From Patescibacteria group bacterium (lineage in GTDB: Bacteria; Patescibacteriota; Minisyncoccia; Minisyncoccales; GWA2-38-27): 64,000 nt of DNA. Shown here one piece after another: positions 7,673 through 16,426 of the stretch. Where the stretch lies: assembly GCA_020148045.1 (NCBI GenBank), contig JAHCRG010000004.1:64576-128575 (forward strand), in the 5' to 3' direction. The position numbers and the translations under genes were made by a program. The notes under the pieces were generated by a model. The model ran no database searches, had not been told where the DNA came from, and was given only the letters and a program-made list of their open reading frames with translations. Position 1 is the first letter of the stretch. Each line of letters begins with the position of its first letter.

Positions 7673-7947
7673 CTTAATATTTGTTTTATTCTTTGAGCTT
7701 CTGTTTCTACTACTTTTCCTTCATATTCTCCAGCATGGGCTGGACTTCCCTTATATACAGGTTTTTTCTGATCAAGATGCAAATTAAGAATTAGTTCGTC
7801 ATTATTTTCTTCAATATACAAATGAAATCTTGGATAGCCGCTTCTTCCCAAAGGTCTAACAAATTGATTTTCTTTCTGAAAAAGATAACCAATCTTTCTC
7901 ATTAAGTTTATTGTATTTTCTCCGGTATTTTTAATAGCAAATTTCAT
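7669..7947 (-). CDS. hypothetical protein (92 aa)
   Basis: First gene of the minus-strand 7947->6094 operon (4-nt overlap with the next gene). No family recognised. Confidence 0.5.
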   Translation of the reverse strand: MKFAIKNTGENTINLMRKIGYLFQKENQFVRPLGRSGYPRFHLYIEENNDELILNLHLDQKKPVYKGSPAHAGEYEGKVVETEAQRIKQILR

Positions 7948-7990
7948 ACTTTAATTTTAGCGTTTTTTATGATAAAATTCAATTGAAAAT

Positions 7991-8545
7991 ATGAAAAGGC
8001 GGAGAATTTTCATTGCTATAAACTTGCCAGAAGAGGTAAGAAAAAAACTGGCAGAATATCAAACGAAATGGCCGGAACTACCGATTAGATGGATAAAGCC
8101 CAAAGATATCCATATTACTTTAGTTTTCTTGGGTTATCTAACAGATGAGGAGCTTTTGGAAATTTGTAGAATAACAAAAGAAGTGGCATCAAGGCATACT
8201 TCTTTTAATATTAATTTAACCAAAGTTTGCTATGGTCCCACTGATAAGAAGCCGCCTCGGATGATTTGGGCAGTAGGGGAGAAGTCAGAGGAATTTATTT
8301 CTTTAAAAAATGATTTAGACAAATCCTTAGCAACTTCAGAGAATAGAGAATTTTCTCCTCACATTACTTTAGGAAGAATTAGAAAATGGGAATGGCAGAG
8401 AATTGAACCTGAAGAAAGACCAGTGGTTGAAGAAGAAATAAATTTGAGTTTTCCAGTGGGTTCAATTGAGGTAATGGAAAGCGTATTAAAAAGAACAGGA
8501 GCAGAGTATACGGTTTTAGAATCACATAATTTAGGTAAAACATGA
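7991..8545 (+). CDS. thpR: RNA 2',3'-cyclic phosphodiesterase (2H phosphoesterase, LigT/ThpR)
   Basis: Two HxT/S motifs, HITLVFLG and HITLGRI, at the spacing expected for the 2H family. Confidence 0.85.
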   Translation: MKRRRIFIAINLPEEVRKKLAEYQTKWPELPIRWIKPKDIHITLVFLGYLTDEELLEICRITKEVASRHTSFNINLTKVCYGPTDKKPPRMIWAVGEKSEEFISLKNDLDKSLATSENREFSPHITLGRIRKWEWQRIEPEERPVVEEEINLSFPVGSIEVMESVLKRTGAEYTVLESHNLGKT

Positions 8546-9822
8546 AAGTGCATTTTATCGGTATTGGCGGCATCGGAGTAAGTGCTCTTGCCCAGTATTA
8601 TTTGGCAAAGGGTCATAAAGTTTCTGGCTCTGATTTAGTTTCTTCAGAAATTACAGAATTTTTGGAGCAAAAAGGAGTTAAGCTCCTGCCTGCTGGCAGG
8701 CAGGTACCAAAAGATGTAGATTTAGTAATTTATAGTCCAGCAATAAAACTAAAAAAGAAAACCAAAAAATACAAAAGCTATCCTGAGGCCTTGGGCGAAT
8801 TAACAAAAAAGTATTTTACCATTGCTGTTTCTGGCACTCACGGCAAAAGCACAACCTGTGCAATGATTGCTTTGATTTTAATGAAAGCAGGATTTGATCC
8901 AACAGTAATTGTTGGCACTAAATTAAGAGAATTTAATGGAAGTAATTTTAGAATGGGCAAGGATAAATATCTAGTTATTGAGGCAGATGAATGGCAAGCT
9001 TCTTTTTTGAATTATTGGCCCAAAATTATTGTTTTAAATAATATTGAGAGAGAGCATTTAGATTATTACAAGGGCTTGGGGCATATTTTGCACACCTACA
9101 GAGAATATATTGAGCATTTACCAAAAGATGGAATTTTAATTGCCAACAGAGACGATAGAAACATCTTAAAATTACAATTTAAGGCTCGAAATTATAGCAT
9201 AAAACAAAAAGAAGCAAAAAAAATAAGCAAGATTTTAAAAGTTCCTGGTGAGCATAATATTTATAATGCTTTAGCCGCTTTGGCAGTGGCTCGGGCTTTG
9301 AAAATTCCAGATAAAATTTCATTTAAAGCATTATCAGGGTATAAAGGTGCTTGGCGGCGTTTTGAGATAAAAAGAGGAGAAATTGGCAATAAAAAGTTCA
9401 CAATTATTAGTGATTATGCTCACCATCCAACTGAAATTAAAGCTACTTTGGAGGCAGCCCGGGAGAAATTTCCGAGTAAAAAAATTTGGTGTATTTTCCA
9501 GCCCCATCAATATCAAAGAACTTTTTATTTATTTAATGATTTTATTAGAGTGTTTTCTGAGGCGTCAATAGACAAACTAATAATTACTGATATTTATGAT
9601 GTAGCTGGAAGGGAAAGGAAGAAAATAAAGAAAAAAATAAACTCAAGAAAGTTAATTAAGGAAATTAAAAAAGCCCAAGCAATATATTTACCAAAAGAAA
9701 GAATTAAAAACTATTTGAGAAGGAATTTAAGAGGTAGAGAAGTAGTAATAATTATGGGCGCAGGAGATATCTACAAGTTCGCAGAGGGGTTTTCCACAGG
9801 CCAGCTTGACATAGTAAAATGA
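8542..9822 (+). CDS. murC: UDP-N-acetylmuramate--L-alanine ligase
   Basis: MKVHFIGIGGIGVSALAQYYLAKGHKVSGSD N-terminus and GTHGKSTT P-loop; Mur ligase middle and C-terminal domains. Confidence 0.92.
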   Translation: MKVHFIGIGGIGVSALAQYYLAKGHKVSGSDLVSSEITEFLEQKGVKLLPAGRQVPKDVDLVIYSPAIKLKKKTKKYKSYPEALGELTKKYFTIAVSGTHGKSTTCAMIALILMKAGFDPTVIVGTKLREFNGSNFRMGKDKYLVIEADEWQASFLNYWPKIIVLNNIEREHLDYYKGLGHILHTYREYIEHLPKDGILIANRDDRNILKLQFKARNYSIKQKEAKKISKILKVPGEHNIYNALAALAVARALKIPDKISFKALSGYKGAWRRFEIKRGEIGNKKFTIISDYAHHPTEIKATLEAAREKFPSKKIWCIFQPHQYQRTFYLFNDFIRVFSEASIDKLIITDIYDVAGRERKKIKKKINSRKLIKEIKKAQAIYLPKERIKNYLRRNLRGREVVIIMGAGDIYKFAEGFSTGQLDIVK

Positions 9823-9888
9823 AAAAGAGAAAATAGAGATAGAAGGTAAGGTCGAGTATAAAAAATATTAATTAAGTTAATAAGAATT

Positions 9889-10029
9889 ATGAGTACACTT
9901 ATTTGGATAATTATAGCAATTGTGGTGGTAGGAATAATAATTTATCTTCTAAAAGATAAGATTTTTAAGAAGAAAGAAGGGGGAGGTCCTACTCCACCAC
10001 CAGCAGCGCCGGGAGGACCAACAATGTAA
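9889..10029 (+). CDS. small membrane-anchored peptide (46 aa), hypothetical
   Basis: Own translation: MSTLIWIIIAIVVVGIIIYLLKDKIFKKKEGGGPTPPPAAPGGPTM. A terminator follows. Confidence 0.35.
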   Translation: MSTLIWIIIAIVVVGIIIYLLKDKIFKKKEGGGPTPPPAAPGGPTM

Positions 10030-10040
10030 AGTTTGATATA

Positions 10041-10076
10041 AAAAAAGAGTGCGGTAGTTAAACTATCGCACTTTTC
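10041..10076. terminator. bidirectional intrinsic terminator
   Basis: An A-tract, AGTGCGGTAG...CTATCGCACT hairpin and T-tract, placed between the convergent small ORF and csrA. Confidence 0.7.
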
Positions 10077-10089
10077 TTGCTTTGCTTCT

Positions 10090-10287
10090 TCACGTTTTTT
10101 TTGGGCTTGGCTCTTTTTCCCGTTGAATGGCGTCGTATATTTCTCTTCGATGCACAGGAATCTTCTTTGGGGCAGTGATTCCTAAACGAACCTTATCGCC
10201 CCGAACATCAACTATCATAACCTCAACAACGTCATCGCCTTCGCCAATCATAATTGATTCATCCCTTTGTCTCGATAACACCAACAT
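10090..10287 (-). CDS. csrA: carbon storage regulator CsrA (RNA-binding translational regulator)
   Basis: MLVLSRQRDESIMIGE...VRLGITAPKKIPVHRREIY matches the CsrA/RsmA signature across the full length. Confidence 0.9.
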   Translation of the reverse strand: MLVLSRQRDESIMIGEGDDVVEVMIVDVRGDKVRLGITAPKKIPVHRREIYDAIQREKEPSPKKT

Positions 10288-10344
10288 TTTTTGACTCCTT
10301 TTCAGATTACTCCAATTTAATTGTTAATACTAAACACTGCTTTA

Positions 10345-10373
10345 AATATAGCAAGGTTATAAATATTTGTCAA
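10345..10373 (-). promoter_or_regulatory. sigma70-type promoter TTGACA-17-TATATT (csrA)
   Basis: Minus strand: TTGACA at 10368-10373, a 17-nt spacer, TATATT at 10345-10350. Confidence 0.65.
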
Positions 10374-10447
10374 GCTTTTTCAAAAAAAATAGCGCGAAGG
10401 ATGTTTGTCTTTCGCGCCTTGCTTTTCGGTTGTTTTTGAAGGGAGGG

Positions 10448-10855
10448 TTAGAAGCCGTAAATTGGCTTGAGTTCCGCCTCGGTTGGCAGATGGTCGTAAA
10501 ACTCACCGTTCGGGCCTCTATAACCAATACCGTCTTTTTTCATCAGCACCTGCGAAATAGAATCATTGCTGTTTCTAATGTTGACCGGAACGATGCTCAT
10601 TTCCTGACGGAGCCTTCCCACTTCGGCCCGAGCTTGTCGCTTATCTTGCTCAGTGCCAATTATGTAACCAGTGGTACCACCAACAGCAGCACCGATCAAC
10701 GTCGATTTGGTATCACCACCGGCTATTTGGCCAATACCAGCTCCAGCAAGAGAACCAAGTAGAGCCCCGGTCTGTCCGCCGCTCTCACATCCTCCGAAGA
10801 CCAGCATCCCGCTAATCAAAACAACCATTACACCAATAAACATTTTTCCTTTCAT
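10448..10855 (-). CDS. glycine-zipper lipoprotein
   Basis: Signal peptide plus lipobox-like VFGGC. Gly-zipper tract GALLGSLAGAGIGQIAGG...GAAVGGTTGYIIG. GC-rich relative to the flanks. Confidence 0.7.
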   Translation of the reverse strand: MKGKMFIGVMVVLISGMLVFGGCESGGQTGALLGSLAGAGIGQIAGGDTKSTLIGAAVGGTTGYIIGTEQDKRQARAEVGRLRQEMSIVPVNIRNSNDSISQVLMKKDGIGYRGPNGEFYDHLPTEAELKPIYGF

Positions 10856-10935
10856 TTCCAGTTCCTTTCGTTTTAACCCTTATTTCATTGTTAAAAAATT
10901 ACTATATTAGGTTCTATCATATCTATAAATTTTTG

Positions 10936-11217
10936 TCAAGTTCCCATTCTATCCCCCAAAAAAATAAGACAGGCATTCTCCAAAGCTACATGGTGGCGTG
11001 CCATTAACTTAAATCTTGGCTTATGAAGTAATTTTTTCTTTATTTTTCTTTCATTAGGCTGGCATTCAAACATAGCAATATTATTTTTTGCTACTCCTCG
11101 CTGAGCGATTTCTTCTCTTACGGCTTTTTTGCTGCTTCCTACAACAACTTTGCAATTTTTAGTTACTGCTCCAAAAAACTTTTCTCCTCCATTACTATTA
11201 AATTTTGAACTAGCCAT
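10936..11217 (-). CDS. hypothetical protein (93 aa), orphan
   Basis: It has its own promoter (11272-11300) and a GGAGGA Shine-Dalgarno 7 nt upstream of the ATG. No family recognised. Confidence 0.55.
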   Translation of the reverse strand: MASSKFNSNGGEKFFGAVTKNCKVVVGSSKKAVREEIAQRGVAKNNIAMFECQPNERKIKKKLLHKPRFKLMARHHVALENACLIFLGDRMGT

Positions 11218-11271
11218 AGTGATTCCTCCAAAATTGATATTAATATTTTGTTAAAGAGCAACAATTTCCCC

Positions 11272-11300
11272 ATTTTAGTAAAATTAAAACTTCGTGTCAA
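11272..11300 (-). promoter_or_regulatory. sigma70-type promoter TTGACA-17-TAAAAT
   Basis: Minus strand: TTGACA at 11295-11300, a 17-nt spacer, TAAAAT at 11272-11277. Confidence 0.6.
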
Positions 11301-11306
11301 CCCCAA

Positions 11307-11387
11307 ATAAAAAAGGCAGAATATTAATAATTATTTCTGCCTTTTTAGGAGATAAAAGAAGGGTGGAAATTATTTCCACCCTTTTGG
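11307..11387 (-). terminator. two tandem intrinsic terminator hairpins
   Basis: AGGCAGAA...TTCTGCCT (11314-11342) and AAGGGTGGAAAT.ATTTCCACCCTT (11359-11383). Each is flanked by A and T runs, downstream of the beta-helix gene stop. Confidence 0.75.
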
Positions 11388-11435
11388 AACAAACTCCTGT
11401 GAGCTCATCTAAGTCGGGTTTGCCGGTGGCCAGCA

Positions 11436-12419
11436 TTATTCAAAGAGCACTTTCGGATGGACTCCGTGGCCGCGGTTATTCGCATCATCGCCCAGATTTC
11501 GAGAGATTGTATTGTTGCCCTCCTCCACCACTCTGTCGTCCGGGTACAAAGAGATTGCTGTCCCTATCACGCCGCGGACGTCGTTGAATCCAACCTTGTT
11601 ATTTGTGATGTCAGCCACGGGTGGATCTTGATCGAGTCCAAGGTCCGACAGCGCAATGCCTTCAGCAGGGTGGTTACGAGGATTGTTGCTGGATATGGCA
11701 ACCTTGTTCTTCAGGATGCTGTTTCCAATGATTGGTCCGGCGGGGCGGCCGGAGCGACGGTCAGACATCAAGCAGATGCCCGCCACGGTGTAGCCGGCCT
11801 CCGGATACGGCGGTAGCTGGCTGTATCTGTAAATTTCGTCCGGGGGAACTACAACCTGCCCTGTAACCTTGTTGTGGGCCACGAGATTGTTATTTGCTGT
11901 TGCTCCCTCAAAGTCCCGAGTGCCGATAAAAATTCCGAGCCCTCCACCGCTTGAGGTTCGCAATCCGTTGATGACGTTGTGACTGATATCCCATCTACTG
12001 CCGTTCCAGTTGGTTATGGCCTGCACGGCGCTTGACATAGTACAATGGTCGACAGTAACATCATCGGTACCCCGGCTGTAAATAGGTAGACCCACTGTCA
12101 CAAATGACAAGTGGCTGATTGTCGCACCATTGCCGGCACCGCCCCAGAATAAGAACCCAGTTATAAAGCGGGAATACGTAGGCCCGCTGTTTATCACAGC
12201 ACCGCCTTCACCCTTGATTTCAACGGCTTTTGTAACTGTTGCTCCAGCGTGGTTGCCGGGACCAACGAGAATGGTATGACCATCTAAAACGTTGGGCGAA
12301 TCGATAGCATCCTGAATCGTGTTAAAGTCGCCCGGGACATTCCAAGTTACAGCCTGTGTTACGCCACTGGCTACCAAAATTATTCCCACTACTGCACAAA
12401 TTGTTAGTAAACGTTTCAT
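11436..12419 (-). CDS. secreted right-handed parallel beta-helix (pectate-lyase-fold / PbH1-repeat) protein
   Basis: The likely start is MKRLLTICAVVGIILVASGVTQA (signal peptide) at 12419, preceded by AGGAGA. Repetitive G/N/T-rich beta-helix-like segments are present (GGGLGIFIG, NNLVAHNKVTG, NSILKNKV). About 50% GC (53% in a hand-counted 60-nt sample). Confidence 0.6.
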   Translation of the reverse strand: MKRLLTICAVVGIILVASGVTQAVTWNVPGDFNTIQDAIDSPNVLDGHTILVGPGNHAGATVTKAVEIKGEGGAVINSGPTYSRFITGFLFWGGAGNGATISHLSFVTVGLPIYSRGTDDVTVDHCTMSSAVQAITNWNGSRWDISHNVINGLRTSSGGGLGIFIGTRDFEGATANNNLVAHNKVTGQVVVPPDEIYRYSQLPPYPEAGYTVAGICLMSDRRSGRPAGPIIGNSILKNKVAISSNNPRNHPAEGIALSDLGLDQDPPVADITNNKVGFNDVRGVIGTAISLYPDDRVVEEGNNTISRNLGDDANNRGHGVHPKVLFE

Positions 12420-12634
12420 TTTTGTTTCTCCTGTTAAATTGGTTAACTTTCTGTTCTCATACCTCATTTTCACCGCGGACCGCCCGCAGCTAACAATACT
12501 TAAATAGTTTTTCCAATCCGTTGGGTCAGAATCAGTCCGTTTGATTAACTACAACATTTTTCCATCAGCATCTCCTTTCTCGAAGCGACCGGTTTGATAT
12601 TTAGTTATCAAAGACCATATATTTACGATGTAAT

Positions 12635-12663
12635 ATTTTACCAACTTTATAGAAACTTGTCAA
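12635..12663 (-). promoter_or_regulatory. sigma70-type promoter TTGACA-17-TAAAAT
   Basis: Minus strand: TTGACA at 12658-12663 and TAAAAT at 12635-12640. This implies a 5' leader of about 200 nt for the beta-helix gene. Confidence 0.55.
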
Positions 12664-12709
12664 GAGCTCTTGCTGGTTTTTTTATTTTCTATTTAAGGTG
12701 TTTTCAAAT

Positions 12710-14137
12710 ATGGAAAAGTTGTATATAATGGATTTAATGGACAGAGTTCTTAATACAGAGACAACTAAATATCTTAGCAAGAGCGTTAAGGTTTCTGGAT
12801 GGGTGGATTCCATAAGGTCGCATGGGAAGATTATTTTTATTGACCTTCGGGATAGAAGTGGGATTTTGCAATTGGTCTTTACGCCCCAAAACGAAAAGAT
12901 CTATAAATTAGTAAAGGAGGTTCGGCCGGAATGGGTGATAGAGGTGATGGGAAAGGTTTCAAAAAGACCTCCAAAAATGGTAAATCCCAAAATTGAGACC
13001 GGGAAGATAGAAGTTTTAGTAGATAATTTGGAGATTTTATCTAAGGCAAAAACTTTGCCTTTTTCTATTGAGGGAAATGGCTATGAAATAAATGAGGAAA
13101 AAAGAATGAAATACCGTTATTTGGATTTGAGAAGGGAAAGGATGAAAAAGAATTTAAAGGAGCGCCAAAAAGTTATTCAGTTTATGCGAGATTTTCTTCA
13201 GAAAGAAGGCTTTATTGAAGTGGAAACTCCGATTTTAACCAAGTCAACTCCTGAAGGTGCCAGGGACTTTATAGTTCCTTCCCGGCTGCAACCAGGAAGG
13301 TTTTATGCCTTGCCTCAAGCGCCCCAACAGTATAAACAGCTGTTGCAAGTCGCGGGCATTGAAAAATATTTTCAGATTGCCCGTTGCCTCCGCGACGAAG
13401 ACCCTCGAGCTGACCGTCAAGCTGAGCATACTCAATTAGATATAGAAATGTCTTTTATAGAACGGGAAGATGTAATGAGTTTGACAGAGAGATTGTTTAT
13501 TGAGCTTATTAAAAAATTATATCCTGAAAAGAAAATCCAAAAAATTCCTTTTCCAAAAATTACTTATCAAAAAGCAATAGAAAAGCATGGCACCGATCGG
13601 CCGGATTTACGGAAAGATAAAAATAATCCTGACCTTTTAGCTTTTTGCTGGATAATTGATTTTCCATTTTTTGAGAAAGATAAAAAAGGTGGCTGGACTT
13701 TTACCCACAATCCTTTTTCAGCTCCAAAACCGGAATTTATGGAGGACTTGCTCAATAAAAGAAATATAAAGAATATTTTAACTACTCAATATGATATTGT
13801 AGCCAATGGTTGGGAATTAGGAGGCGGTAGTATAAGGAATCATAAGCCCGAGGCGCTTGAAGCAGTATTTGAGATAATTGGCTACAAGAAAAAGGAAATC
13901 AAAGAGAAATTTGGTCATATGTTAAGAGCTTTTGAATATGGAGTCCCGCCTCATGGAGGGATTGCTCCGGGACTTGATAGATTTTTAGCTGTTTTGTTTG
14001 GAGAGCCAAATATCAGAGAAGTTATTGCTTTTCCCAAAACCGGCGATAGTCGTGATTTAATGATGGACGCCCCTTCAGAAGTGACTGAAGAGCAATTAAA
14101 AGAATTAGGAATTAAGATAATAAAAAAAAGGAAATGA
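12710..14137 (+). CDS. aspS: aspartyl-tRNA synthetase, bacterial type but lacking the GAD insertion domain
   Basis: FYALPQAPQQYKQLL, RCLRDEDPRADRQAEHTQLDIEMSF (motif 2) and GIAPGLDRFLAVL (motif 3). The ORF track starts at GTG 12698 and the first ATG is at 12710. The sequence jumps from DRPDLR directly to CWIIDFPFFE. Confidence 0.9.
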   Translation: MEKLYIMDLMDRVLNTETTKYLSKSVKVSGWVDSIRSHGKIIFIDLRDRSGILQLVFTPQNEKIYKLVKEVRPEWVIEVMGKVSKRPPKMVNPKIETGKIEVLVDNLEILSKAKTLPFSIEGNGYEINEEKRMKYRYLDLRRERMKKNLKERQKVIQFMRDFLQKEGFIEVETPILTKSTPEGARDFIVPSRLQPGRFYALPQAPQQYKQLLQVAGIEKYFQIARCLRDEDPRADRQAEHTQLDIEMSFIEREDVMSLTERLFIELIKKLYPEKKIQKIPFPKITYQKAIEKHGTDRPDLRKDKNNPDLLAFCWIIDFPFFEKDKKGGWTFTHNPFSAPKPEFMEDLLNKRNIKNILTTQYDIVANGWELGGGSIRNHKPEALEAVFEIIGYKKKEIKEKFGHMLRAFEYGVPPHGGIAPGLDRFLAVLFGEPNIREVIAFPKTGDSRDLMMDAPSEVTEEQLKELGIKIIKKRK

Positions 14138-15111
14138 GAAAAAAGATTTTTTTAATTTCATTATTAGTGAGTTTGCCTTTTTGGTGGGGGATAAATATTT
14201 TGGCAGAAAATTTAGAAGATTTTTGGTTTCAGCAAGAAATAGTTAAAAATCCAGAAATATTGACTGCAGCGATAAATCAAAAAATTCTGGAAAAGAAAAT
14301 AAAGAGATTGGAATTGGAAAAGCTGCAGGAAGAACGTTTAGAAAATTTAGAAATTGAAGCGAGAGCTGTGATTTCAGTTGAAGTTGGCAGTAATGACAAG
14401 GAAAAAATTTTATTTGAAAAAAACTCTCAAAAACCCCTAGCTGTCGCTTCTCTAACTAAACTAATGACAGCTTTAATAGTTTTTGACCTTGATGAAACCT
14501 ACAGTCCTTCCCAAATTATCACGATAACCAAAGAGGCAGTTGAGCAAGAAGGCAGCTCTAAATATGGTGATTTAGAAGTAGGGGAGAATTTATCAGTTGA
14601 AGCTCTGCTTTATATTATGTTGATTGAGTCAAGCAATGATGCTGCTTTTGCCTTATCCCAGCTAATTGGACAAGAGGGGTTTGTTGATTTAATGAATCTT
14701 TATGCTGAAAATTTAGGGCTTGAAAAAACTTATTTTGTTAATCCAACTGGTCTTGAGCCGGATGATTTGGGAGAGCCAATGAATCTTTCTACTGCCAGAG
14801 ACCTTGTTAAATTCTCAAAGTTTATATTAGAAAATTATCCTCAGATTTTTGGGATTACGCTTAGACAGTCTTATGAGGTTCTGAAACCAGATGGTTCTGT
14901 TCATCATTTTATTCCTCAAAATACTAATGAGCTTTTAGGAGAAATTCCAGAGATAATCGGAGGAAAAACCGGCTGGGGCGTTGAAGCCGGCGGCTGTCTA
15001 CTTTTAGTTTTAGATAATCCTAATAGTAATAAATATTATATTAATATTGTTTTAGGCGCCAAAGACCGTTTTGCCGAAATGCGGAAATTAATTAATCCAA
15101 TAATGCAATAA
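14134..15111 (+). CDS. D-alanyl-D-alanine carboxypeptidase (S11 serine peptidase, low-MW PBP)
   Basis: SLTK (SxxK), SSN (SxN) and KTG motifs in the correct order. N-terminal membrane anchor. ATGA overlap with aspS. Confidence 0.85.
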   Translation: MRKKIFLISLLVSLPFWWGINILAENLEDFWFQQEIVKNPEILTAAINQKILEKKIKRLELEKLQEERLENLEIEARAVISVEVGSNDKEKILFEKNSQKPLAVASLTKLMTALIVFDLDETYSPSQIITITKEAVEQEGSSKYGDLEVGENLSVEALLYIMLIESSNDAAFALSQLIGQEGFVDLMNLYAENLGLEKTYFVNPTGLEPDDLGEPMNLSTARDLVKFSKFILENYPQIFGITLRQSYEVLKPDGSVHHFIPQNTNELLGEIPEIIGGKTGWGVEAGGCLLLVLDNPNSNKYYINIVLGAKDRFAEMRKLINPIMQ

Positions 15112-16169
15112 TGCCTGAAATTACCATCAATGTTATTAAAATTTTTACTTTGGGAGCAGCTGCTTTTATTTTAGCTTTTTGGTTAACCCCGATTCTTACT
15201 CATTTTTTATATAAACACAAACTTTGGAGGAAAGAAATTAGAAGAAAATCAATAGACAATAAAGAGCTTTTTTTCTTTAAGAAATTTCATTCTGAAAAAG
15301 AAGTTCATGTTCCAAGATTTGGAGGACTGCTTATCTGGATAAGTGTTTTAGTTTTAGCTGTTCTTTTTTTCTTGCTGGCCAAAACAGATATCTGGTGGTT
15401 TAAAAAGCTGAATTTCTTAAGTAGGTCCCAAACCTGGCTGCCTCTTTTTGCTTTGATTGCAGCTTCTTTTGTAGGACTTACAGATGATGTTCTTCAAGTG
15501 TTAAAGAAAGGTAAGTATATTGGAGGCGGCTTAAGGTTGAAATACCGATTAATTTTAGTTGTTCTGATTGGCTTAATTGGTGCTTACTGGTTTTATTATA
15601 AATTGGGATATAGTACTATCCATATTCCTGGGAACGGTGACTTTTTTATAGGAATATGGTATATTCCTCTTTTTGTTTTAGTGATGCTGGCAACTTACAG
15701 CGGGGGAGTAATTGATGGTTTAGACGGTTTGGCTGGAGGAGCTTTTGCTGTAATTTTCGCTGCCTTTGGAGGAATTGCTTTATTTAATGGTCAGATTGAT
15801 TTAGCTGCTTTTTGTGCCGTGGTTGCCGGAGCAATTTTAGCTTTTTTATGGTTTAATATTCCGCCTGCCAGATTCTATATGGGAGAGACCGGAATGTTAG
15901 GCCTTTGCTGTACTTTAACAGTAGTTGCTTTTTTAACTGACTCTGTTTTGGTTCTGCCAGTAATTGGCTTTTTGTTAGTTATTGAATCTGGTTCTGTAAT
16001 TCTTCAGCTTCTTTCCAAGAAGTTTTGTCAGAAAAAAGTTTTTCTGGCAGCTCCTATTCATCATCATTTTGAAGCAAAGGGCTGGCCTCATTACAAAATC
16101 ACAATGCGTTTCTGGGTAATAGGCGTTGTAATGGCAATAATTGGTGTTGCAATAAGATTATTAGGTTAA
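15111..16169 (+). CDS. mraY: phospho-N-acetylmuramoyl-pentapeptide transferase
   Basis: Polytopic membrane protein with the DDVL, GVIDGLDGLAGG and APIHHHFE motifs of MraY. Confidence 0.93.
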   Translation: MPEITINVIKIFTLGAAAFILAFWLTPILTHFLYKHKLWRKEIRRKSIDNKELFFFKKFHSEKEVHVPRFGGLLIWISVLVLAVLFFLLAKTDIWWFKKLNFLSRSQTWLPLFALIAASFVGLTDDVLQVLKKGKYIGGGLRLKYRLILVVLIGLIGAYWFYYKLGYSTIHIPGNGDFFIGIWYIPLFVLVMLATYSGGVIDGLDGLAGGAFAVIFAAFGGIALFNGQIDLAAFCAVVAGAILAFLWFNIPPARFYMGETGMLGLCCTLTVVAFLTDSVLVLPVIGFLLVIESGSVILQLLSKKFCQKKVFLAAPIHHHFEAKGWPHYKITMRFWVIGVVMAIIGVAIRLLG

Positions 16170-16188
16170 CTATGTTGTTAACAAGATC

Positions 16189-16217
16189 TTGACAAACTTT
16201 TTGATATTTATTATATT
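16189..16217 (+). promoter_or_regulatory. sigma70-type promoter TTGACA-17-TATATT
   Basis: TTGACA at 16189-16194 and TATATT at 16212-16217. This leaves a leader of about 200 nt before the ATG at 16427. Confidence 0.6.
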
Positions 16218-16426
16218 TACTTATCAGAATCAGATAGGAGGTTTGTCTAATTTTAGGCAAAGATCTGATTTTCGATAGCTCTTTTTATAGCTTAATAAAG
16301 AGAAAGCCCTTCTCCAACTAAATAAGGAGAGAACAAAGAGAAAGGAGTTGAGTTTGAGTTAATGTATAAATGTATATAGGAAATGTTCGAATGAATGAAG
16401 AATTTTTTTAGAAAGGAGATAGAATA

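Noticed and set aside
10367-11816. Plus-strand ORFs 10367-10762, 10671-10910, 11294-11587 and 11457-11816 in the GC-rich island
   Set aside because: They are shadow ORFs antisense to the glycine-zipper and beta-helix genes. They have low-complexity P/A/R-rich translations, no start signals, and the minus-strand genes have promoters, Shine-Dalgarno sites and signal peptides.
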